Positions 1-9,492 of a stretch of DNA of 30,280 bases are shown here, piece after piece. How positions within the stretch are numbered: position 1 is the first letter of the stretch; every line of letters starts with the position of its first letter. The stretch lies in the NCBI GenBank assembly GCA_964416735.1, contig CAYQFM010000003.1, positions 256-30,535 of the forward strand, in the 5' to 3' direction. This stretch comes from an uncultured Iamiaceae bacterium (GTDB taxonomy: Bacteria; Actinomycetota; Acidimicrobiia; Acidimicrobiales; Acidimicrobilacustridaceae). Below the pieces are notes generated by a model that worked only from the letters and a program-made list of their open reading frames with translations, had not been told where the DNA came from and did no database searches. The position numbers and the translations under genes are program-made.

Positions 1-1347
1 AGCCGCACTCAGCATTTCGAGGTCAACCTGCTCTCGGCGGCCGAACTCGAGGGTCTCGTACGCCATGTCATCGACGACGCGGCACTCGACGTTCCCGCCG
101 ATGCCATCGATTACGTGGTGCGCACCGGAGCGGGCAGTGCTCGTGACACGCTCTCGGTTCTTGACCGGGTCGTGGCCGCAGGGCAGGTTCCTCAGGGTGG
201 CGAGGCACTGGATGAACTCGTCGAGGCCCTCTGCGATAGGGATACGGGTAGGGCGTTGCAGGCGGTGGAGGCGGCAACCGCCACGGGGCACTCACCACGG
301 GTGCTGGGTGAACAACTGATTGCTCGGTTGCGTGACGTGTTTCTGGCCTCGGTGGGAACTTCGTTGGAGCGACTTCCCGACAGCGACCGGGAACGAGTCA
401 GGGACCAAGCGCAGCGTCTCGGTGCCGCGGGAGCAACTCGGGCACTCGAGGCAATTGGGGACGCGTTCGTTCGCATTCAGGATGCTCCAGACCAGCGCAC
501 GGTTCTCGAAGTCGCTCTGGTGCGGCTGACACGACCCGAGCTGGATGCATCGCTTGCGGGTTTGGTTGAGCGAGTGAACCGGTTGGAGCGTGGCTTGCGA
601 TCCGGAGTGCTCGAAGCTGATGTTGCCGAAACGACCGACACGAGCGCCGGGACTCCCGAGTTGCCCGAGGACCGTGAATTGACGGCACCATCGGAGCAGG
701 CGGTTACGCCCGTGAGACGGGCCGACTCCACAGGAGACACACCCGCTGCCAATGCGCGTCGTGTGCTTGCCGAGAAACGTCCGTCGTCGACTTCCAAATC
801 AAGGTCATCCCGACAGGTGAAGTCGGAGGTACCCAACAAGCAACCACCGCCACCGTCATCACCGCCACCGTCGTCAACCCCACTATCTGACGAATCGGGC
901 GATACCTCTGGCACGTCGGACGTTCCCGCAGGAACGCAGTCTGATGGTGACCTTCCGACCAAGGACGAGCTGACCCTGGCGTGGGGCGACCAGATCCTTC
1001 CAAAGCTCGGACGCGCCAAGCCGAGGTATGCCGGCGGTCGCTGGATAGGAATCGAAGATGGAGCGGCGGTGTTCGGCCTTCCGAACAAGATCCACGCGGC
1101 AAAGTGCGACGAAGTTCGGGCCGATGTCGAAGCTGTACTTGCATCACATTTCGGTCGCCCGGTTCCGATCCGGATCGTCGTCGATACCGGTACTGACCCC
1201 ACAAGTTCAGACACGGGCTCGACGGGACCGGACGAGTCCGACGAAATCGATCTTCATGAGCTGACCGATGCCAATGATGTTGCGGTCACCAATATGGAGA
1301 GGATCGCCGAAGTGTTCCCCGGTGCCGAGGTGATCGAGTCGCAATGA
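1..1347 (+). CDS. dnaX: DNA polymerase III subunit gamma/tau, 5'-truncated by the window edge
   Basis: Frame is open from base 1 (SRTQHFEVNLL...AIDYVVRTGAGSARDTLSVLD, clamp-loader sensor motifs). A Pro/Ser-rich linker and C-terminal domain follow. Lies directly upstream of ybaB-recR, the conserved order. Confidence 0.93.
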   Translation, partial: SRTQHFEVNLLSAAELEGLVRHVIDDAALDVPADAIDYVVRTGAGSARDTLSVLDRVVAAGQVPQGGEALDELVEALCDRDTGRALQAVEAATATGHSPRVLGEQLIARLRDVFLASVGTSLERLPDSDRERVRDQAQRLGAAGATRALEAIGDAFVRIQDAPDQRTVLEVALVRLTRPELDASLAGLVERVNRLERGLRSGVLEADVAETTDTSAGTPELPEDRELTAPSEQAVTPVRRADSTGDTPAANARRVLAEKRPSSTSKSRSSRQVKSEVPNKQPPPPSSPPPSSTPLSDESGDTSGTSDVPAGTQSDGDLPTKDELTLAWGDQILPKLGRAKPRYAGGRWIGIEDGAAVFGLPNKIHAAKCDEVRADVEAVLASHFGRPVPIRIVVDTGTDPTSSDTGSTGPDESDEIDLHELTDANDVAVTNMERIAEVFPGAEVIESQ

Positions 1348-1434
1348 TCTCTCGGACTGCATCGGATGGCCGGGCCCTTCCATCCATTGTTGTCAGCCTC
1401 ATCAATCTCATCAATCTGAATCGTCAGGAGTGTC

Positions 1435-1827
1435 ATGTCTGATTCCCAGATGCCCGATCTCAATGCTCTGCTCGGTCAGGCGATGGAGATGCAGCAGCAA
1501 CTGCTGGCGGCCCAGGCCGAAGCCGCCGAAGAAGTGGTGGAAGGGCAAGCCGGCGGCGGAGCGGTGGTGATCTCCGTGTCTGGAGACATGGTGTTCCACT
1601 CGGTGAAGATACAACCGGACGCCATAGACCCGGATGACACGGACCTGCTCGGCGATATGGTGCTTGCCGCCCTCAATGATGCGATGGACAAGGTGCACGA
1701 CCTCCAGGGCCGGTCCATGGGCGCCCTCAGCGACATGTTCGGATCGGGCGGTTTACCGGATCTCGGAATGCCGGATCTCGGTGGCTTGATGGAACCTGGT
1801 GGGCTGATGCCACCTAGCGAAGACTGA
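1435..1827 (+). CDS. ybaB: YbaB/EbfC family nucleoid-associated protein
   Basis: [12 protein letters not shown]...[17 protein letters not shown]...[24 protein letters not shown] family pattern; SD AGGAG at 1426-1430; dnaX-ybaB-recR synteny. Confidence 0.93.
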   Translation: MSDSQMPDLNALLGQAMEMQQQLLAAQAEAAEEVVEGQAGGGAVVISVSGDMVFHSVKIQPDAIDPDDTDLLGDMVLAALNDAMDKVHDLQGRSMGALSDMFGSGGLPDLGMPDLGGLMEPGGLMPPSED

Positions 1828-1829
1828 GC

Positions 1830-2444
1830 ATGGCGAGCGTCTATTCGGGACCCGTTCAAGATCTCATCGACGAACTCGGTCGTCTGCCTGGCGTTGGTCC
1901 CAAGTCAGCGCAGCGCATTGCATACCACCTTCTCAAGTTGCCCAAGGAAGATGCTTCGCGCTTGGCCAGGGCCATTACAGAGGTGAAGGACCGCATCTCG
2001 TTTTGTGAGCGGTGCTTCAATATCTCAGAGGGCCCGGAATGCGGAATCTGTGCCGACGTGAAGCGTGATCAGACCGTTGTCTGCGTGGTCGAGGAACCTC
2101 GTGACATCGTTGCTGTCGAGAAGACCGGTGAGTTCCGCGGGCGCTACCACGTGCTCCAGGGAGCTATCAGTCCGATCGAGGGAATCGGACCCGATCGGTT
2201 GAGGATCAAGGAACTACTGATCCGTCTCGATCCCGAGGGCATCGAGGAAGTGATCCTGTGCACCAACCCCAACATCGAAGGGGAAGCGACGGCTCTCTAC
2301 TTGGCGCGCCTCTTGGGTCCCCTAGGTGTCCGAGTCACACGGATTGCCAGTGGCCTTCCCGTCGGCGGCGACCTCGAGTATGCGGATGAACTGACCCTTG
2401 GCCGTGCACTCGAAGGCCGCCGGGATGTGACGTCGGATCAGTAG
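1830..2444 (+). CDS. recR: Recombination mediator RecR
   Basis: [13 protein letters not shown] HhH motif, C4 zinc finger (CERC...CGIC), Toprim region (VVEEPRD...[18 protein letters not shown]), [13 protein letters not shown]. Confidence 0.97.
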   Translation: MASVYSGPVQDLIDELGRLPGVGPKSAQRIAYHLLKLPKEDASRLARAITEVKDRISFCERCFNISEGPECGICADVKRDQTVVCVVEEPRDIVAVEKTGEFRGRYHVLQGAISPIEGIGPDRLRIKELLIRLDPEGIEEVILCTNPNIEGEATALYLARLLGPLGVRVTRIASGLPVGGDLEYADELTLGRALEGRRDVTSDQ

Positions 2445-2445
2445 G

Positions 2446-3633
2446 TCAGATTGCCTTGATGAGGATGGCGTCGCCCTGGCCGCCGCCGCCGCAGAGTGCA
2501 GCAGCTCCGATTCCGCTGCCACGACGGCTCAGCTCCAGTGCCAGGTGCAGCGTGATGCGTGCACCGGACATGCCGAGCGGGTGGCCCAGCGCAATGGCCC
2601 CACCATTGAGGTTGGTCACCTCAGAGGTGATGCCCAACATGTCCATAGACGCCAGGCCGACGGCAGCGAAGGCCTCGTTGATTTCGAACACGTCGACATC
2701 GTCCACGGTCAGACCTGCACGAGACAGTGCGGCGTTGATCGCATTGGCGGGCTGGGGAAGCAGGGTCGCAGATGGACCGGCCACCTGGCCGTAGCCGACG
2801 ATCTCCGCGAGCGGAGCGGCACCCAACTTCTCTGCCGCCGTCTTGGAAGCAATGACCATTGCCGCACCGCCATCGGAGATCTGCGATGCATTCCCAGCGG
2901 TGATGTTGCCGTTCTTGTCGAACGCAGGACGCAGTTTCGACAGCGATTCGACCGTTGTGGAACCACGCACGCCCTCGTCGACCGAAATGACCAGATCGTC
3001 GCCCTTGCGCTGCGGCACGGTCACCGGTGTGATCTCGCTGTTGAACAGGCCGGTTTCCTGGGCACGAGCAGCACGTTGGTGCGATTCGGCTGCGAACGCG
3101 TCCTGACGGTCACGGGAGACCTCATGGTCGGCCGCATACCGCTCCGTGCCGAGGCCCATTGCCACGTCGTCGAAACTGCAGTGGAGACCGTCACGCATCA
3201 TCGAATCGACAACCGAGTTGTCACCCATGCGGTATCCGGCCCGGGCAGCGGGGAGGGGGTTCAGAGCGTTGGGCATGACGACCATGATGCCTGATGGGAC
3301 GATGACAATGTCGGCTTCACCGGATTGGATCATCTGGTCGGCCAGGTGAATGGCATTCATGCCCGAGAGGCACACCTTGTTGATCGTCGAGGCTGGAACG
3401 CTCATGGGTATTCCCGCCGCCACCGCTGCTTGACGGGCAGTTATCTGGCCGGTTCCGGCCTGGAGAACGTGCCCCATGAAGACGTAGTCGATGGCTTCGG
3501 GTGCAACGCCCGCCCGTTCAAGGGCGGCCTTGATGGCGAAGCCACCCAGATCAGTTGCTGAAAACGACGAGAACCCACCCGCGAGCTTGCCAATTGGCGT
3601 GCGCGCGCCGGAGAGGATGACGGAACCGGCCAT
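2446..3633 (-). CDS. Acetyl-CoA C-acetyltransferase (thiolase)
   Basis: ARTPIG, TINKVCLSG (Cys), GNASQISDGGAA, EINEAFA, NGGAIALGHPLGMSG (His), LCGGGGQG (Cys). Start moved to ATG 3633, which follows the SD AAAGGA. The GGMESM motif is anomalous (see findings). Confidence 0.93.
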   Translation of the reverse strand: MAGSVILSGARTPIGKLAGGFSSFSATDLGGFAIKAALERAGVAPEAIDYVFMGHVLQAGTGQITARQAAVAAGIPMSVPASTINKVCLSGMNAIHLADQMIQSGEADIVIVPSGIMVVMPNALNPLPAARAGYRMGDNSVVDSMMRDGLHCSFDDVAMGLGTERYAADHEVSRDRQDAFAAESHQRAARAQETGLFNSEITPVTVPQRKGDDLVISVDEGVRGSTTVESLSKLRPAFDKNGNITAGNASQISDGGAAMVIASKTAAEKLGAAPLAEIVGYGQVAGPSATLLPQPANAINAALSRAGLTVDDVDVFEINEAFAAVGLASMDMLGITSEVTNLNGGAIALGHPLGMSGARITLHLALELSRRGSGIGAAALCGGGGQGDAILIKAI

Positions 3634-3761
3634 GATCATTCCTTTCGGGACTGGTTCGCCGGAGTGTAGGGACCGCGGGGCGACTTGGGCCAACTACGAC
3701 CCGGGCCAACCATGAGGTCATCTGTCCGGGTGGGTCTTTGGTTGCCGGGCCTGACGCCGAG

Positions 3762-3767
3762 TAGCTT
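3762..3767 (+). promoter_or_regulatory. -10 box, leaderless ccrA
   Basis: TAGCTT, then 7 nt, then ATG 3775. Confidence 0.6.
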
Positions 3768-3774
3768 CCGCGCC

Positions 3775-5115
3775 ATGCGCGAGATCCTCGAAGCGATTCA
3801 GTCGGGAGCGACGGGCGATGACATCGCTGCGCTCGAAATCCCAGAGAGCTACCGGGCAGCCGTGGTGCTGGCCGAAGAGCAGGAAATGTTTGCCGGTATG
3901 GATTCGGCGGACAAGGACCCGCGGCGCTCACTGCATGTAACCGAGGTGGCCACCCCGGAGTTGGCGCCCGACGAGGTCGTGATCGCGGTGATGGCTTCGT
4001 CGATCAATTTCAACACTGTGTGGACGTCGATCTTCGAACCGCTTCCCACGTTCAATTTCCTCAAGCGTCTCGGCAAGGAAAGCGTCTGGGGTGCTCGCCA
4101 CGACCAGCCGTTTCACGTGGTGGGTTCCGATGCATCGGGTGTGGTGCTCAAGACCGGATCCGCGGTGCGCAACTGGAAGCCGGGCGACCGGGTGACGGTT
4201 CACTGCAACTACGTGGACGACCAGGATGCCTCATCCCACGATGATTCGATGCTCGCTGCCAATCAGAGGATCTGGGGTTTCGAGACCAACTACGGCGGCC
4301 TTGCGGATCTGTCCATCGTCAAGGCGAACCAACTCATGCCCAAGCCCACGCACCTTTCGTGGGAAGAAGCTGCGGTCAACGCGCTCTGCAACTCGACGAG
4401 TTACCGCATGCTGGTGAGTGCTCACGCCGGCAATATGACCCAGGGTGATGCGGTGCTGATCTGGGGAGCCACCGGAGGCCTGGGTGGCTACGCGGTTCAG
4501 TACGCACTCAACGGTGGCGGAACTCCGGTGGGTGTGGTGTCGTCGGCGCAGAAGGGCGAGATTTTGCGGGCGATGGGCTGCGAGGCGGTGATCGACCGCA
4601 GGGAGAAGAACTACCGGTTCTGGGCCGATGAGTTCCACCAGGATGAGGCCGAATGGCGTCGTCTGGGCAAGGACATACGAGGGCTCATCGGTCGGGATCC
4701 CGACATCGTGTTTGAGCACCCCGGTCGCCAGACGTTCGGGGCGTCGGTGTTTGTTGCAGCGCGCGGTGGAACGATCGTCACGTGTGCCGCCACCAGCGGA
4801 TACATGATCGAGTACGACAATCGGCACCTCTGGATGAAGCTCAAGAAGATCATCAGTTCGCACTTTGCCAACTACCGTGAGGCGTGGGCCGCCAATCAGT
4901 TGATCTGCGAAGGCAAGATCCACCCGATCCTCTCGGCTGTATACCCGCTCGACCAGGTCGGCGAGGCCGCATACCAGGTTCATCGCAACCTTCACGAGGG
5001 CAAGATCGGCGTGCTCTGTCTGGCACCGGGCGAAGGCCTGGGGATCGACGACCCTGACTTCCGTGAACAGGTAGGCGAGGACAAGATCACGCTGTTCCGT
5101 CGTTACGGCGCTTGA
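3775..5115 (+). CDS. ccrA: Crotonyl-CoA carboxylase/reductase
   Basis: VMASSINFNTVW, HVVGSDASGVV, RIWGFETNYGGLA, IWGATGGLG, FEHPGRQTF, SHFANYREA. Start moved to ATG 3775, 7 nt after TAGCTT. Confidence 0.93.
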   Translation: MREILEAIQSGATGDDIAALEIPESYRAAVVLAEEQEMFAGMDSADKDPRRSLHVTEVATPELAPDEVVIAVMASSINFNTVWTSIFEPLPTFNFLKRLGKESVWGARHDQPFHVVGSDASGVVLKTGSAVRNWKPGDRVTVHCNYVDDQDASSHDDSMLAANQRIWGFETNYGGLADLSIVKANQLMPKPTHLSWEEAAVNALCNSTSYRMLVSAHAGNMTQGDAVLIWGATGGLGGYAVQYALNGGGTPVGVVSSAQKGEILRAMGCEAVIDRREKNYRFWADEFHQDEAEWRRLGKDIRGLIGRDPDIVFEHPGRQTFGASVFVAARGGTIVTCAATSGYMIEYDNRHLWMKLKKIISSHFANYREAWAANQLICEGKIHPILSAVYPLDQVGEAAYQVHRNLHEGKIGVLCLAPGEGLGIDDPDFREQVGEDKITLFRRYGA

Positions 5116-5132
5116 CTCAAGGTCGATTTTGG

Positions 5133-5161
5133 CCGACACATCTTTGTAACGCCGGTAGATT
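5133..5161 (+). promoter_or_regulatory. Promoter, leaderless mce
   Basis: CCGACA-N17-TAGATT, then 6 nt, then ATG 5168. Confidence 0.6.
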
Positions 5162-5167
5162 GCGTTC

Positions 5168-5641
5168 ATGAGTCCACTTCAGGCGCGTAATCCCTACGAA
5201 AACGAAGATGCCGAGCTTGCGGTTTCGGGTCAGATCGAGCCTCTTCTCACCGAGATCGACCATGTTGCAATTGCGGTCAACGATCTTGGAGCGGCAATCG
5301 ACTTCTACCGTGAGACCTTCGGTGCGCTTGTCGAACACCGCGAGGTCGTCGAGCGCGACGGCGTCGAAGAGGCACTGCTCCGCGTGGCCGAGAGCTATAT
5401 CCAGCTACTGACACCAACACGTGATGATTCGCCGGTGGCCAAGTATCTGGAGAAGAAGGGTGAAGGCCTCCACCACGTGGGCTATCGGGTCAGCGACTGC
5501 GCCGTTGCGCTGAAGGCGGTTATCGATCAGGGTCACAGGGTCATCGACGAGGAACCCAGGCCCGGATCCCGAGGCACCACCGTTGCCTTTGTACACCCCA
5601 AGACCTCATTCGGAACGTTGATTGAACTGGTGGAGGAGTAA
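5168..5641 (+). CDS. mce: Methylmalonyl-CoA/ethylmalonyl-CoA epimerase (VOC family)
   Basis: IDHVAIAV, QLLTPTRDDSPVAKYLEKKGEGLHHVGYRV, PGSRGTTVAFVHPK...GTLIELVEE. Confidence 0.92.
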   Translation: MSPLQARNPYENEDAELAVSGQIEPLLTEIDHVAIAVNDLGAAIDFYRETFGALVEHREVVERDGVEEALLRVAESYIQLLTPTRDDSPVAKYLEKKGEGLHHVGYRVSDCAVALKAVIDQGHRVIDEEPRPGSRGTTVAFVHPKTSFGTLIELVEE

Positions 5642-7032
5642 TGGCCAAGGGGGCGCGCATTCTTCTGAAGACCGCCAAGACCCGGGCGGAGCGCTTGGCC
5701 GAGGGAAAGGCCTTGCGGGATCGCACCCCACGCTCCTCGCATTCGCGCTGGTCACCCTCGAAGGACCGGGTTGATCCGATCGAGTTGCTGGAGCGTTCGA
5801 ACTCGACGCGAATTCAAGAACTCGTCCCGATCCGCTACGGCCGGATGCTTGCATCACCCTTTCCGTACCTGCGCGGAAGCCCTCTGGTCATGGCTTCGGA
5901 TCTGGCCACCACGCCCACCACCGGGATCGAGTTGCAGATCTGCGGCGATGCGCACCTGTTGAATTTTGGACTGTTCGCATCGCCAGAACGAAAGCTGGTA
6001 TTTGACCTCAACGATTTTGATGAGACCACCCCCGGTCCGTGGGAATGGGACGTGAAGCGGTTGGCCGTGAGCATCGTCGTGGGTGGCCGTGAGCGCGGAT
6101 TCAGTGAGGAGCAGTGCGCTGAAGCAGCCCACGCTGCTGTTGGGTCGTATCGGGAACACATTCATGAACTGGCGACCATGGGCAACCTCGATGTCTGGTA
6201 TTCGAAGGTTGACGCTGAGGAGATCCTCGGCGGTCTTGAGGAATTTGCGAGGCCTGTAGCCGAAAAGGTGATTCGCAAGGCCAAGCGCAAAACCAGCGCT
6301 GGTGCACTTCCCAAGATGACCAAGGTCGTCGACGGCCGTCGCCGAATTGTGGACAACCCACCTCTGGTCGAACATGTGTCGGGCAGTCTTGGAAGTGGCG
6401 GAACGGCAAACCTCGAAGAAGGGGTCGTTCTCTTCGACAAGTACTTGGCCACGCTGCCCGAGGACCGTCGCCGCCTGATCGAGCGGTATCGGTACGCCGA
6501 TTCGGCCCGCAAGGTGGTTGGTGTGGGGAGCGTGGGAACTCGCTGCTCGGTGATCCTGCTGCTTGGGACGGACGGTGATGACCCGCTTTTTCTCCAGGTA
6601 AAAGAAGCTCAGGAATCGGTTATCGAGCCTTATTGGAAACGCAGCGTGTACAAGAACCATGCCGAGCGTGTGGTGGTTGGCCAACATCTGATGCAGGCCG
6701 CGGCGGATATCTTCCTCGGATGGACGAGTGACGCCCATGGTCACGACTTCTACTTCCGACAGTTGCGTGACATGAAGGGATCCTTCGAGGTGGAGTCCAT
6801 GAGTCCCAAGGGTTTGGCGCTTTACTCAGAACTGTGTGGATGGACGCTCGCCAGGGCGCATGCCCGTTCGGGTGATGTGGTGGGCCTGTCTGGATACCTA
6901 GGGCCAGGCACGGTATTCGACGAAGCCGTGGTGGAGTTTGCGGTTGCGTATGCGGATCAGAACGAGCGTGACTACGAGCGCCTCTGCAAGGCAGTTGCGA
7001 AGGGCCGTGTGGCAGCAGAGACGGGAATATGA
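5641..7032 (+). CDS. DUF2252 family protein
   Basis: LVPIRYGRMLASPF.YLRGS, QICGDAHLLNFG, VFDLNDFDET, GPWEWDVKRLA, RKVVGVGSVGTR, PLFLQVKEA, FYFRQLRDMKGS, LARAHARSGD. The start overlaps the mce stop (TAATG). Confidence 0.88.
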   Translation: MAKGARILLKTAKTRAERLAEGKALRDRTPRSSHSRWSPSKDRVDPIELLERSNSTRIQELVPIRYGRMLASPFPYLRGSPLVMASDLATTPTTGIELQICGDAHLLNFGLFASPERKLVFDLNDFDETTPGPWEWDVKRLAVSIVVGGRERGFSEEQCAEAAHAAVGSYREHIHELATMGNLDVWYSKVDAEEILGGLEEFARPVAEKVIRKAKRKTSAGALPKMTKVVDGRRRIVDNPPLVEHVSGSLGSGGTANLEEGVVLFDKYLATLPEDRRRLIERYRYADSARKVVGVGSVGTRCSVILLLGTDGDDPLFLQVKEAQESVIEPYWKRSVYKNHAERVVVGQHLMQAAADIFLGWTSDAHGHDFYFRQLRDMKGSFEVESMSPKGLALYSELCGWTLARAHARSGDVVGLSGYLGPGTVFDEAVVEFAVAYADQNERDYERLCKAVAKGRVAAETGI

Positions 7033-7071
7033 CGGCCGGAATCTGACGGCCGGAATCTGACGGCTGGGATC
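7030..7071 (+). repeat. Three tandem 14-bp repeats (TGACGGCCGGAATC x2, TGACGGCTGGGATC)
   Basis: Read directly. The first unit begins with the DUF2252 stop codon; there are no spacers. Confidence 0.9.
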
Positions 7072-7078
7072 AGCCGGT

Positions 7079-7084
7079 TATCGT
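7079..7084 (+). promoter_or_regulatory. -10 box, leaderless esterase
   Basis: TATCGT, then 7 nt, then ATG 7092. Confidence 0.6.
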
Positions 7085-7091
7085 CGGCGCC

Positions 7092-8237
7092 ATGGGTGAT
7101 TTGATCGACGGAAATGTGGAAACTGGCTTTGAAGGGGTCCGGCGTGCGTTTGCCGAGAACTTCGAACTGCACGGCGAGGTGGGCGCAGCGGTGTCGGTTT
7201 GGGCGGGCGGAAGGCCAGTGGTGGACCTGTGGGGCGGGGTGGCCGATGTGGCGACGCAGAAGCCATGGACCCGCGACACAGCGGTGTTGTTCTTTTCGGC
7301 CACCAAGGGCCTCAGTTCCGCATGTGTCCACCTGCTCGTGGAACGTGGCCTGATCGATCTCGACTCACCTGTTGCCGCTTACTGGCCCGAGTTCGGCCGC
7401 GGGGGAAAGGACGCGATCACGGTTCGGTGGTTGCTCAGCCACCGGGCCGGTCTGGCTCGTATCGATGGTGACCTCACGCTTGAAGAGTCCCTTTCGTGGG
7501 ATCCGGTGGTCGAGGCACTGGCCGCACAGTCACCCAACTGGGAGCCGGGAACCGCCCACGGCTATCACATGCGTTCCTTCGGCTGGCTGGTCGGAGAACT
7601 GGTTCGTCGTGTGGATGGCCGCACTATTGGGCAGTTCCTGCGTGACGAGATCGTTGGGCCTCATGGCTTGGATCTTTGGTTGGGTCTTCCCGCTGACCTC
7701 GAAGACCGTGTTGCAACCCTCATCCCCCCGGACGCGAGCTTCCATGAGCTGATCGAATCTCTCCCAGCCGACATGTTGCTGCCAAATGTCATGACCGGTC
7801 CTTCAGGTCATTTTCACTACGACGAGATGTGGAACACCCGGGCGATCCACGAAATTGAGTTGCCATCTTCCAATGGGATTGGAACCGCCCGTTCGCTTGC
7901 GGAGTTCTACTCGCTGTTGCTGGAGGGCGCTGGCAACAAGCGTCTGTTATTGCCCAAGACAATCGAGGCTGCCGCAACCGAGCACTCGTCGGGAACCGAT
8001 CAGGTCATGATGGTCGAAACACGTTTTGGTCTCGGGTTCATGCTGGGAAAGTCCATCAGCCCAGCGTGCCCGGCGTGGGTATTCGGCCACCCCGGAGCTG
8101 GTGGATCGTTGGCATTCGTAGACCTCGCAGCGGGAATCAGTTTTGCGTACGTGATGAACGACCTTCGCTTCGACCTGAGTGGCGACCCGCGCAGCGATGC
8201 GCTCATCCGCTCAACCTATGAGGCCCTTGCTGCATGA
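7092..8237 (+). CDS. Serine hydrolase, beta-lactamase/family VIII esterase-like
   Basis: FSATKG (SxxK), LLSHRAGL, WEPGTAHGYH, FGLGFML, FGHPGAGGS. Confidence 0.9.
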   Translation: MGDLIDGNVETGFEGVRRAFAENFELHGEVGAAVSVWAGGRPVVDLWGGVADVATQKPWTRDTAVLFFSATKGLSSACVHLLVERGLIDLDSPVAAYWPEFGRGGKDAITVRWLLSHRAGLARIDGDLTLEESLSWDPVVEALAAQSPNWEPGTAHGYHMRSFGWLVGELVRRVDGRTIGQFLRDEIVGPHGLDLWLGLPADLEDRVATLIPPDASFHELIESLPADMLLPNVMTGPSGHFHYDEMWNTRAIHEIELPSSNGIGTARSLAEFYSLLLEGAGNKRLLLPKTIEAAATEHSSGTDQVMMVETRFGLGFMLGKSISPACPAWVFGHPGAGGSLAFVDLAAGISFAYVMNDLRFDLSGDPRSDALIRSTYEALAA

Positions 8238-8342
8238 GGTGAGATGCGGTTGGCGCAGAAGTCAAAGCGCAGAAGCCGATGTGAAAAGCGTGTCTATTCG
8301 GTAGGTGCGCGCCGGAACTTTAGCGAAATAGGTAATTTTTCC

Positions 8343-8371
8343 TAGACAGATTGTGCCATTCGTCATACCTT
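8343..8371 (+). promoter_or_regulatory. Putative primary-sigma promoter for the lipase gene
   Basis: TAGACA (8343-8348), 17-nt spacer, TACCTT (8366-8371), in an AT-rich intergenic region; SD GGAGG lies just before ATG 8465. Confidence 0.5.
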
Positions 8372-8464
8372 CACCGTGAGGCTTTTGTCACGGTCCGTGG
8401 TTGTCCACGGTTCTCAGTGTTTGGGGCCTTGTACAAAGCGGGATCAGCCAAACGCGGAGGAAGA

Positions 8465-9451
8465 ATGCGGGCACAAAAGAGTACTTGGGATGAGGGCAGG
8501 CGTATTCGGTTGAGCAGGGCAAGGATTGCAGCCCTGCTGACAGCGTTTGTCATGGCTGTCACGGTCTTGTCAGGGCCCTCTGCGGCATCAGCGTGGTGGT
8601 GGAAGCCGAAAGAGTTGCCCGTGAAGTACAACTTCGGCGATGCGCTGGTTGCCGGGGTCGTGAACGGCGGACAGGCCTCGCCGCCCGGTGCGAACGATTG
8701 GAACTGCAAGCCGACAGCCAAACACCCGAGGCCGGTTGTGTTGGTCCATGCCACGATGGTGACGATGGGGATCAACTGGAATGCACTGTCCCCACTGCTC
8801 AAGAACGACGGCTACTGCGTGTTTGCCCTCAACTACGGCGGTGAGCCCCTCTTGGGCCTCCTTGCTGCCTATGGCCCGCTTGAGGCGTCTGCTGTGCAGG
8901 TGAGTGGGTTTGTCGACCAGGTACTGGTCGCCACTGGCGCCGCCAAGGTTGACATTGTGGGTCACTCTCAGGGCGGCACGATGCCTCGGTACTACATCAA
9001 CAATCTGGGTGGCGCCGCCAAGGTTGCCAACATGGTCGGCCTCGCTCCACCCAACAACGGCACCGACTTCCATGGGATGACTTCGCTTATGGCGCAGTTC
9101 CCGGAATGGGCCAATCTCATCAACAGCATGTGTGGTGCGTGTGGTGATCAGATGGCCGGTTCAGATTTCATCAACGCGCTGAACGCTGCCGGAGGAACGA
9201 ATCCCGCCGTCAATTACACGGTCATCACAACCAAGTACGACGAGATCGTGACACCGTATACGTCCGCCTTCCTTCCGCCGGCACCGAACGTCAAAAACAT
9301 CACTGTTCAAGATGTTTGCTGGCTCGACTACAGCGAGCACTTGGCAATTGCTTATGACCATGTCGCACTGCGACTGGTGATGAACGCCTTGGATCCGTCA
9401 ACTGCCCAGCGGCCAATGTGTTGGTATGTCGCTCCCATCTTCGGGGGCTGA
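8465..9451 (+). CDS. Secreted lipase/esterase (alpha/beta hydrolase, lipase class 2-like)
   Basis: Signal-peptide-like N-terminus (RR-rich, hydrophobic, ASA), PVVLVHAT, GHSQGG nucleophile elbow, YDEIVTP (Asp), SEHLAI (His). Start moved to ATG 8465 after GGAGG. Confidence 0.9.
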   Translation: MRAQKSTWDEGRRIRLSRARIAALLTAFVMAVTVLSGPSAASAWWWKPKELPVKYNFGDALVAGVVNGGQASPPGANDWNCKPTAKHPRPVVLVHATMVTMGINWNALSPLLKNDGYCVFALNYGGEPLLGLLAAYGPLEASAVQVSGFVDQVLVATGAAKVDIVGHSQGGTMPRYYINNLGGAAKVANMVGLAPPNNGTDFHGMTSLMAQFPEWANLINSMCGACGDQMAGSDFINALNAAGGTNPAVNYTVITTKYDEIVTPYTSAFLPPAPNVKNITVQDVCWLDYSEHLAIAYDHVALRLVMNALDPSTAQRPMCWYVAPIFGG

Positions 9452-9492
9452 GTTTCAAGGGCTGAATATGGCCGGGTGGTAGCCCGGGTCAT

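Noticed and set aside
700-960. Programmed frameshift or slippage site in dnaX producing a gamma subunit
   Set aside because: No A6G-type heptamer or long A run seen; the region is a Pro/Ser-rich linker only.
7030-7071. CRISPR-like array
   Set aside because: Repeats are 14 bp, contiguous with no spacers, and no cas genes are present.
7092-8237. Antibiotic-resistance beta-lactamase
   Set aside because: Motifs fit cytoplasmic family VIII esterases: no signal peptide and no SDN/KTG class A signature.
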